Below, one piece after another: positions 31,169 through 32,000 of a DNA stretch of 32,000 nt. Location of the stretch: the NCBI RefSeq assembly GCF_000400465.1, contig NW_008806279.1, positions 146,107-178,106 of the forward strand. Reading direction: 5' to 3'. The translations under genes were made by a program, and so were the position numbers. Every line of letters begins with the position of its first letter. Within the stretch, counting starts at the first letter, position 1. The notes below the pieces were generated by a model that was given only the letters and a program-made list of their open reading frames with translations, made no database searches and was not told the origin of the DNA. The DNA comes from Wallemia ichthyophaga EXF-994. Its lineage: Eukaryota > Fungi > Basidiomycota.

Positions 31169-32000
31169 CTAACACCCACTTAGCCCCAATGTCAAATCTT
31201 CCTCCTCCTCCTCTTCCTGTACACCTCCGATGACGCCATTCAACCTCGGGATGGGAATATCATTTGCAGGTGTGCCTGACATATCCTCAACTTTCGTATC
31301 TCTGCGCTTCATATCTATCCTTTCAGGTCCCTCACTCTCCTCCTCCACGTCCTCTTCCAGATCGGCAAATGCTCTGCACACAGGACAGCTGAAGCATGGG
31401 TAGTGCGTGTTGAGCAGTCCCCGCAAACACTTGTAGTGGAAAGTATGTGAGCAAGGCGCTATAAACAGCGCTTGGCATATCCCCACCGGGAACAAACAAA
31501 TAGCGCAGTCGAGTGTATTGTGCGTGGTCTCACTCGATGTATTTGTATTTGTATTTGTATTTGTCGTGTTATCCGTGTTGCTCTTGCTCTCGCTAGCGGC
31601 GCGCATGCTCCCGCTCATCTCCTTCACCTGTTCGAGCGCCTTCTCGTGGAAAGCGACGGGACTCTTCATTTTATCGCCAATCTCAACCCTAATCTTGATG
31701 CAGCGATAGAGGGCGTCTTTACCGCCCTGGTAATCTACGCCCAGCTGAATAATATCTCCATCGACCATCTCATACGGCTTACTAGCGTGAGTGCTGCCCG
31801 ACAATCGACGATGATTGAGGAATGTCCCACTAGAGCTGCCTGAGTCCTTTATATAAAACTGTTTGTCGCATTAGCGCCGCTGCTTCTCCATCAATTCCTA
31901 CCCACCTTGCCGTCGTCATTCACAGATATTTCGGCATGGTTGCGAGACACTACCTTAGAGCGGAATGCGAGCGAGAGACTAAGAGGATCACCGCCACCGC
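31169..32000 (-). CDS. DMA1: FHA-RING E3 ubiquitin ligase Dma1/Chf1, 5'-truncated; intron 31859-31905
   Basis: FHA domain AFRSKVVSRNHAEI...FYIKDSGSSSGTFLN...GDIIQLGVDYQGG...YRCIKIRVE; RING-H2 CAICL...APCSHTFHYKC...FSCPVCR. Confidence 0.92.
31538..31564 (-). repeat. (TGTATT)4 hexanucleotide microsatellite encoding (TN)n in the Dma1 linker
   Basis: Seen directly. Confidence 0.85.

Overview
This is eukaryotic DNA from a very compact fungal genome, not a prokaryotic locus. The protein sequences look basidiomycete-like. The gene density, introns of mostly 43-59 nt and intergenic gaps often under 100 bp suggest a Wallemia-like organism (inference only). I reconstructed 21 protein-coding genes by hand-splicing: a USP-domain protein (5' truncated), RFC2, GLR1, a ZAP1/ZafA-like Zn-finger regulator, an 11-intron M50B-like membrane peptidase, a PPR protein, MDM35 (absent from the ORF track), APL4, CHO2, IMP4, a dynactin p24-like protein, CWC22, MSW1, TSR1, GUA1, an ExgD-like GH5 glucanase, a DH-PH protein, SDS22, an F-box-like/ankyrin-like protein and DMA1 (5' truncated). 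I saw no mobile element, RNA gene or CRISPR array. The main observations are: (1) an apparently required non-canonical GA-AG intron in the M50B gene; (2) a cryptic spliced mitochondrial presequence exon on GLR1; (3) a hidden three-exon MDM35; and (4) extreme gene packing, with head-to-head ATGs 21-51 bp apart, tandem gaps of 19-31 bp and a CDS overlap, coinciding with AT-rich troughs. The packing suggests exon-embedded promoters or polycistronic transcription. All splice models were read by eye and need RNA-seq confirmation.
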